DNA from: a bacterium
GTDB lineage: Bacteria; Patescibacteriota; Minisyncoccia; UBA6257; 02-FULL-45-10c
Reading direction: 5' to 3'
NCBI GenBank assembly: GCA_021799965.1
Contig: JAJYZL010000001.1
Span: 1-24,062 of the forward strand
Length of the DNA: 24,062 nucleotides
Every line of letters begins with the position of its first letter. The stretch's first letter is position 1. This document shows, piece after piece, positions 19,004 through 24,062 of the stretch. The notes under the pieces were generated by a model. The model was not told the DNA's origin, did no database searches, and worked only from the letters and a program-made list of their open reading frames with translations. The translations under genes and the position numbers were made by a program.

Positions 19004-19087
19004 TGCACGGGACAGGATTTGAACCTGCATGACCTTACGGTCGCTACCACCTCAAGGTAGTGCGTCTGCCAGTTTCGCCACCCGTGC
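19004..19087 (-). tRNA. tRNA-Leu(GAG)
   Basis: Acceptor GCACGGG/CCCGTGC, discriminator A, anticodon arm CTACC-TTGAGGT-GGTAG (GAG at 19053-19051), variable arm GACC-GTAA-GGTC, T-arm GCAGG-TTCAAAT-CCTGT. CCA is not encoded. Confidence 0.97.
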
Positions 19088-19101
19088 ATATTTAACACCC
19101 A

Positions 19102-19138
19102 GTCTGCCATCCGCCAACTGGCGGATCGCCACCCGTGC
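19102..19138 (-). repeat. Duplicated tRNA-Leu 5' fragment with palindromic insert
   Basis: GCACGGGTGGCGA-[TCCGCCAGTTGGCGGA]-TGGCAGAC versus the tRNA's GCACGGGTGGCGA-[AAC]-TGGCAGAC; 14-nt spacer to the real tRNA. Confidence 0.95.
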
Positions 19139-19154
19139 AATTTTACTAATAACC

Positions 19155-19182
19155 ATTATAACCAAAAAAATATATTTGTGAA
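19155..19182 (-). promoter_or_regulatory. Promoter for the tRNA-Leu/kinase transcript
   Basis: TTCACA (19182-19177), 16-nt spacer, TATAAT (19160-19155), upstream of the duplicated fragment. Confidence 0.6.
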
Positions 19183-19189
19183 ATATAAG

Positions 19190-19221
19190 AAAACAGAATC
19201 CCGGCGATATGCCGGGATTTT
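19190..19221 (-). terminator. Intrinsic terminator of rplS
   Basis: AATCCCGGC-5nt-GCCGGGATT followed by CTGTTTT on the minus strand. Confidence 0.8.
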
Positions 19222-19227
19222 AAATTT

Positions 19228-19557
19228 TTATTCAGCCGAACCGACTTTTTGTCTGGTTTGCTTTCTAGAAAGATCGCGGATGTAATAGATTTTTGACCTA
19301 GAAACTTTTTTAGGAGAACTTAGTATTTCCAACTTTTGAATCTTTGTAGAGTGCAGGGGAAAAACTCTTTCTACGCCCACTCCCGCCAAAGAAGTTCTTA
19401 CAGTAAAAGACGATCCGATTTCAGAACCATGCTTTCTGGCAATAACCATGCCGGAAAAATGAGCGATGCGCTCCTTATCGCCTTCTTTAACTTTTTCATA
19501 AACCTTAACATTCGCGCCCGGCCTTATTTTATTGAAAATTTCTTTATTTATTGGCAT
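19228..19557 (-). CDS. rplS: 50S ribosomal protein L19
   Basis: IRPGANVKV..KVKEGDKERI..FSGMVIARK, FTVR, GVGVERVFPLHS, KVSRSKIYYIR. ATG at 19557. Confidence 0.96.
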   Translation of the reverse strand: MPINKEIFNKIRPGANVKVYEKVKEGDKERIAHFSGMVIARKHGSEIGSSFTVRTSLAGVGVERVFPLHSTKIQKLEILSSPKKVSRSKIYYIRDLSRKQTRQKVGSAE

Positions 19558-19573
19558 ATGTTTAGTAGTTAAT

Positions 19574-19602
19574 ATAATAGACAAAAACAGGGACGGAGTC
19601 AA
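19574..19602 (-). promoter_or_regulatory. Sigma70 promoter for rplS
   Basis: TTGACT (19602-19597), 17-nt spacer, TATTAT (19579-19574). Confidence 0.65.
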
Positions 19603-19639
19603 TCCTTTGGTAAATTTATTAAGCACGGTGCTAATTATC

Positions 19640-19648
19640 TGATAAAAT
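19640..19648 (+). promoter_or_regulatory. Extended -10 promoter (TGaTAAAAT), probably leaderless
   Basis: TAAAAT at 19643-19648, 6 nt before the ATG at 19655. Confidence 0.55.
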
Positions 19649-19654
19649 TAATCT

Positions 19655-21748
19655 ATGGCTATTGTTCCCAAGAAAAATATATCCAAACATCTGCACGATA
19701 TAAAACATCATGGTAGGGCACCAAAGAATAAAGTAGCGAATAATTTTAATTTTCGTCCGAATTTTGTGCCCCCAAATAAATCCACCGATAAAAAATTCAG
19801 ACCCCCGCTAAAATACATATTGATCGGAATAAGCGCGGTAATCGTAGCTGCAGGATTAATTTTTATAACCGATATCAGAAATAATCTCGTAGATTCTTTC
19901 GCGTATATCGTTTATCAGATCCAAAATATCAAATTAGCTGCTTCAGAAATGAAAACCGGGCAGCTAAAAGATTCTCTCGGCGCATTAAACGGAGAAATAC
20001 AAAATCTTGATTCAAAAATCGACGGTTATGGAATAGCTGGACTAATCAATATAATCGGCCAATTTAACGGCTCCTTAAAAGAAGTTCCCGGTGCCTTTAA
20101 AAATATTTCTGCAATCAGTGATAGATCGAGCCAAATAGCAAACGATTTAGACTATTTAAAAAATAATGCATTTCAGCTAATTTTTAATCAGAAGGGCGCT
20201 GAGCTTATAAATCGCCTGGAAAATATGCAGAAAAACCTTACAGACTTAGAAACTATAATGCCTGAATTCAAAAGCCAGGCCGGAAAAATAAAAGACCTAA
20301 ATCCCCGCCTTTCTTCGCTTTATGACTCTTTTGACAAAAACTATCTCGCTATCAACCTAAATATTTATAAAGCGGAAGACGTGATAAACGCCATTCTGTC
20401 ATTATTAAAATCTCCCAATGAAGTAAATATATTAGTTCTTTTCCAGAATCCGACAGAAATACGCCCAGGCGGAGGATTTTTAGGAAGCTTCGCTTACATA
20501 ACATTATTAAATGGCAGTGTAAAAGAAATAAAAGTTGATGATATTTATAATGCCGACCGACAGCTCAACATCAACGTAGCTCCGCCAAAAGAATTAAGTT
20601 CTATAACCACAAAATGGGGCGCTCGTGACGCTAATTGGTTCTTTAATTTTCCGGATTCAGCCAAGAAAGTCGCTTATTTTCTAGAAAATTCAAAACTATT
20701 CAGCGATTCGGGAATAAAATTCAACAATGTAATATCAATAAATACAAATGTTTTGGCTTCTCTTATCGACATAACCGGACCAATAACATTGCCCGATTAT
20801 AACCTAACCATAGACAGCAATAATTTCCTCCCAGAACTTCAACGCGAAGTAGAAGCCGGACAAGACAAAAAACCAGGACAAAATCCCAAACGCATACTTT
20901 CCGTATTAACGCCAATCCTAATAGATAAATTAAAAAATCTAGATGACAGCGGAAAACTTGGTCTGCTAAAAGATTTGTCGGGCGCTGTTTCGAATAAAGA
21001 CATTATGGCTTTTTCTGAAACAAATGAAATTCAAAAAATTTTATTAGAATTCAATATGTCCGGAGAAGTATTTAATATTCCCCAAAATTGGAGCGGCGAT
21101 TATCTGGCGATAGCTAATGCGAATGTAGCGGGAGGAAAAAGCGACGCGTTTATAAATCAACAGATCCGCTTTAAAAGCCAGATCTTGCAGGATGGCTCAA
21201 TAAATAATGAACTTACTTTGATTAGAACCCATAACGGACAAAACGAAAAAGATTGGTGGTACAGAGCCACGAATTATGATTACGTAAAAATATTCTTACC
21301 CCCCTCATCCGAAGTAAATACGGTGAACGGAAATAATAACTCACCATATAAGTACATAACTCCGGCAAAAAATCTCGCAACCGATCAGGACCTTTCAGCT
21401 ATAGATCAGAGCACTATTTTTCTAAATAATTTAAAAATGTGGGAAGGGACCGAAGATAATAAGGAATTTTTAGGAACATGGATAAATACTCCGGCCGGCA
21501 AAACCAAGACTATGCAAATAGAATATAAGGAGTCTAGCAATGTCAAAATAGCAGACGGACAGGAATTTGATTTTGTTTTTGATAAGCAGTCGGGTATTCA
21601 AGGATCTTTGGAATACGAAATAACCGCACCACCCGGATACATCTGGAAAGAATCTGGAAAATCCGTCTTTTCTTACGGTACGGAACAAATTAAATCACGA
21701 GAAACTATTCAGCTAACTTTAAAAAGTAATCCCGGCTTGAACCAATAA
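19655..21748 (+). CDS. DUF4012 domain-containing membrane-anchored protein
   Basis: One TM helix, coiled-coil region, LVLFQNPTEIRPGGGFLGS, RDANWFFNFPDSA, ANANVAGGKSD motifs. Confidence 0.85.
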   Translation: MAIVPKKNISKHLHDIKHHGRAPKNKVANNFNFRPNFVPPNKSTDKKFRPPLKYILIGISAVIVAAGLIFITDIRNNLVDSFAYIVYQIQNIKLAASEMKTGQLKDSLGALNGEIQNLDSKIDGYGIAGLINIIGQFNGSLKEVPGAFKNISAISDRSSQIANDLDYLKNNAFQLIFNQKGAELINRLENMQKNLTDLETIMPEFKSQAGKIKDLNPRLSSLYDSFDKNYLAINLNIYKAEDVINAILSLLKSPNEVNILVLFQNPTEIRPGGGFLGSFAYITLLNGSVKEIKVDDIYNADRQLNINVAPPKELSSITTKWGARDANWFFNFPDSAKKVAYFLENSKLFSDSGIKFNNVISINTNVLASLIDITGPITLPDYNLTIDSNNFLPELQREVEAGQDKKPGQNPKRILSVLTPILIDKLKNLDDSGKLGLLKDLSGAVSNKDIMAFSETNEIQKILLEFNMSGEVFNIPQNWSGDYLAIANANVAGGKSDAFINQQIRFKSQILQDGSINNELTLIRTHNGQNEKDWWYRATNYDYVKIFLPPSSEVNTVNGNNNSPYKYITPAKNLATDQDLSAIDQSTIFLNNLKMWEGTEDNKEFLGTWINTPAGKTKTMQIEYKESSNVKIADGQEFDFVFDKQSGIQGSLEYEITAPPGYIWKESGKSVFSYGTEQIKSRETIQLTLKSNPGLNQ

Positions 21749-22444
21749 CTTTTTAAGCTCCGTCGGAAGACCAGCCCTAAATTTTAATTCCTTGCCATTC
21801 ATATCTTTAAATTCTATTTCCTCAGCATGCAAAAATTGCCTGCCAATTTCCGGGAACATATCGTTTTTTCTTCCATAAAGTTTATCGCCGACAACTGGGC
21901 AGTGGATAGAAGCAAGATGAACTCTTATTTGATGCGTTCTGCCTGTTTTGGGATAAGCCCTGAGCAGGGTCAATCCCTGTCCTTTTAACTCAAATCTTTC
22001 AACAACTTCAAGCTCGGTTATGGCATCTTTTGACATCTTAGAACTGTGGACACTTCTCTTCGTTGTGCCACTTTTTATGCCAATTGGTTTATTTATCACA
22101 ACCCTATCGCTTCTTACCGTTCCATAGACCAAAACCAAGTAGGTTTTTTTTACTTCATGTTTTTGAAAATTTTTTTTAAAATATTCAAAAGTTTTTTGAT
22201 TTAAAGGAATTATCATAACGCCAGAAGTTTCTCTATCAAGACGATGCACTATACCAGGACGATTTTCCGGATCATCGCCTACATTTTTTATTTTGGGATA
22301 TTTTTTTAAAAGCCAATCAGTAAGAGTTTTTTCTTCTGGATGTATATCTTCCCTATTTAAAACTGAGCGGTGCACCAACAAACCAGCCGGTTTATTTATT
22401 ATTAAATAATCTTTATTTTTAGAAATTATTTTTGGATTCATCAT
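21719..22444 (-). CDS. RluA family pseudouridine synthase (no S4 domain)
   Basis: NKPAGLLVH, IVHRLDRETSGV (catalytic Asp), TGRTHQIRVH, VGDKLYG, FLHA. ATG at 22444. Confidence 0.95.
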   Translation of the reverse strand: MMNPKIISKNKDYLIINKPAGLLVHRSVLNREDIHPEEKTLTDWLLKKYPKIKNVGDDPENRPGIVHRLDRETSGVMIIPLNQKTFEYFKKNFQKHEVKKTYLVLVYGTVRSDRVVINKPIGIKSGTTKRSVHSSKMSKDAITELEVVERFELKGQGLTLLRAYPKTGRTHQIRVHLASIHCPVVGDKLYGRKNDMFPEIGRQFLHAEEIEFKDMNGKELKFRAGLPTELKKLLVQAGITF

Positions 22445-22477
22445 GTTTAAAATATAATTTATTTTTAGCAAAAAAGA

Positions 22478-22501
22478 AAAGGGCGCCATTAGGCGCCCTT
22501 T
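22478..22501 (-). terminator. Intrinsic terminator overlapping the HAD gene stop
   Basis: AAAGGGCGCC-TAAT-GGCGCCCTTT followed by TCTTTTTT on the minus strand. Confidence 0.8.
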
Positions 22502-23331
22502 ATTGTATTGAACCACGAGCTTATCTCCGCGATACTCGAACAGCGGACACTGCGGTTCTTGTCACGGTAATATTCAATCTCGTTGAACTTACCGCGCTCC
22601 TTCCAGTTGTACTTGTAGGGAGTATATATCCCGAAAAACCACAGCCTCATACCTATTTCCACGTCTTCTTTGTATGTATCGCCGACGCAGTAATAGTGCA
22701 GAGCCGGATTTTTCCGTTTTATTTCTTTGATCTTGGCATTCTTATGATTTGGAACCACAAAGAATCCATCACAATAAGCCATAATCCCGGCTTTTTCCAG
22801 AGCTTTCCTTTTATCACCCTGAATTTCGTCATCGCCCTTTGTGAGAATAAAGATTTTTTCATTAAGATTCTTAAGGAATCTAAACAAAGGAAGAACTTCC
22901 GGTCTTATAACTTTGAGATACTCTTCCTTGCAAAAAACCTTTTTCCCGATGCTGCTTAATTTATGCGCTATTTTACGATCGAATTTTACATCAGCTTCCT
23001 TGCAAAAATGCTTATAGCACCTTACAAGTGAAAGCGGAAAGCGCGATTTATGAAGAAGATACGGCTTCTGTGTACGAGGATTTATATCGTACATCATGCC
23101 GAGATCCAGATCATGCTGCTTATCCAAGATTTTAACAACGGAGAACTTACCGTCAAAAATCTTGAAAAGCTCTCTGGAAAACTCATCCAAGGCACGCTCG
23201 TAAAAAACTCCCGTATCCATTAAAGGCCCATCGAGATCAAAAACCCAGACACCTCTTTCAGCTTTCCAAAAAAACAAGACTTGTTTTATTCTTCTGAGCA
23301 GCTTTTCCCACCACGGAAGATTCGGATTCAT
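22489..23331 (-). CDS. HAD-superfamily hydrolase
   Basis: Motif I FDLDG, motif II LTKG, motif III Lys (HKN), motif IV VGDTYKEDV. Confidence 0.85.
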   Translation of the reverse strand: MNPNLPWWEKLLRRIKQVLFFWKAERGVWVFDLDGPLMDTGVFYERALDEFSRELFKIFDGKFSVVKILDKQHDLDLGMMYDINPRTQKPYLLHKSRFPLSLVRCYKHFCKEADVKFDRKIAHKLSSIGKKVFCKEEYLKVIRPEVLPLFRFLKNLNEKIFILTKGDDEIQGDKRKALEKAGIMAYCDGFFVVPNHKNAKIKEIKRKNPALHYYCVGDTYKEDVEIGMRLWFFGIYTPYKYNWKERGKFNEIEYYRDKNRSVRCSSIAEISSWFNTIKGA

Positions 23332-23335
23332 ATAC

Positions 23336-23340
23336 CCTCC
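23336..23340 (-). promoter_or_regulatory. Shine-Dalgarno-like GGAGG for the HAD gene
   Basis: GGGAGGGTAT-ATG; the only clear SD-like motif seen in the window. Confidence 0.45.
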
Positions 23341-23434
23341 CGGAACAATATTCGAGATTTAAAAGAACTTTCTATTCGAGGTATACCACAAACCAAAATA
23401 TCTGGCAATAAGCCAGAAAAACCTAAATAAATAA

Positions 23435-23776
23435 TTACGGCTTAGCCACCCTAGAAGTAGTTATATAAGAATTAAAAACCCTGCCGACATCCCTCATAAT
23501 CAAAATACCGAAACTTAAAAATATTAAAATAATTATCTTTTTTAATATCGAAGTTGCCCAAAAAGCTTTAAACATATAGGAAGCCAAAATTAACGGATTT
23601 TGAGCGCTGGCCAAAAAAGCATTAGTAAAAACCTGCTGAACAAAAACCAATCTTCCTAAGATCCATAAAGCCAAGGTCAGCAAAACTAATTCCAAAATAA
23701 ACAAAGGAATTATCCTTTTAAATAACCAAACCCGATAAACTTTCCAGGCTATTTTATTTTTTACAACGTCTTTCAT
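23435..23776 (-). CDS. Membrane protein downstream of the ECF sigma factor (candidate anti-sigma)
   Basis: Two hydrophobic segments; ATG at 23776 lies 4 nt after the sigma stop. Confidence 0.65.
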   Translation of the reverse strand: MKDVVKNKIAWKVYRVWLFKRIIPLFILELVLLTLALWILGRLVFVQQVFTNAFLASAQNPLILASYMFKAFWATSILKKIIILIFLSFGILIMRDVGRVFNSYITTSRVAKP

Positions 23777-23780
23777 ATTT

Positions 23781-24062
23781 TTATAATTCGCTGTTTCTTT
23801 CAATGACACCTTTAAAAACTCTTTTGGCCCTAAACATTCTCATCTTTAAAGCCGGCATAGATATTTTTTCCGCTCCAGCAATCTCCTCATAAGACATATC
23901 GTCAAAATAATACATTTTTAAAATTCTTCCGAGATGTTCGGGCATTTCTCCGATGGCTTTAGATACACCTTCTTTAATATCTCTTTCCAGCGCCAAATTA
24001 TTATATTCGGACAATAGCGGGTCGTCTTCATATAAAACAGGGTCAAGGTACTCTATGTTTCC
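23781..24062 (-). CDS. ECF RNA polymerase sigma factor, C-terminal region 4 (5'-truncated by the window edge)
   Basis: Frame is open to the window end. MPEHLGRILKMYYFDDMSYEEIA...ISMPALKMRMFRAK is a region 4.2 HTH. Confidence 0.85.
   Translation of the reverse strand, partial: GNIEYLDPVLYEDDPLLSEYNNLALERDIKEGVSKAIGEMPEHLGRILKMYYFDDMSYEEIAGAEKISMPALKMRMFRAKRVFKGVIERNSEL

Noticed and set aside
19102-19138. Second functional tRNA, or a CRISPR repeat
   Set aside because: The copy stops before the D-stem closes and has no anticodon or T-arm; there are only two units and no cas genes.
19000-19140. N-terminal extension of the kinase ORF with duplicated MHGWR
   Set aside because: It is a translation of the tRNA-Leu and its duplicated 5' fragment; the kinase fold starts at ATG 18999.
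22432-22959. 175-aa plus-strand ORF
   Set aside because: Antisense to the HAD gene and reads through a terminator; no motifs.
1-24062. Genetic code 25, prophage or IS content
   Set aside because: No in-frame TGA in conserved genes; no integrase, transposase, terminal inverted repeats or phage genes seen.

Overview
Gene-dense, AT-rich 24 kb bacterial chromosome segment. The gene set and style (DUF4012 protein, Ig-fold surface proteins, single-chain GlyRS, almost no Shine-Dalgarno sites, very short intergenic gaps) suggest Patescibacteria/CPR, Parcubacteria-like; this is an inference. Housekeeping core: leuS, metG, glyQS, tatD, M16 peptidase, AI-2E permease, recO, rplS, RluA-family synthase, deoxynucleoside kinase, P-type ATPase plus HtrA, GT2, HAD hydrolase, a truncated ECF sigma factor, tRNA-Ser(TGA) and tRNA-Leu(GAG). 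No transposase, integrase or CRISPR array is visible. Most notable: (1) tRNA-Leu is preceded by a duplicate of its own 5' end whose D-loop carries a palindromic insert, and is followed 4 nt later by the kinase ATG; (2) the only two broken genes both encode Ig-fold surface proteins, one with an apparent -1 frameshift after the signal peptide and one with an in-frame TAA at a probable Tyr position; (3) a ~41-bp stop-codon-plus-terminator element occurs twice, 18.5 kb apart; (4) an unannotated 49-codon membrane ORF; (5) an encapsulin-type ferritin with no encapsulin gene in the window; (6) probable leaderless mRNAs, and no TGA among 23 gene stops.
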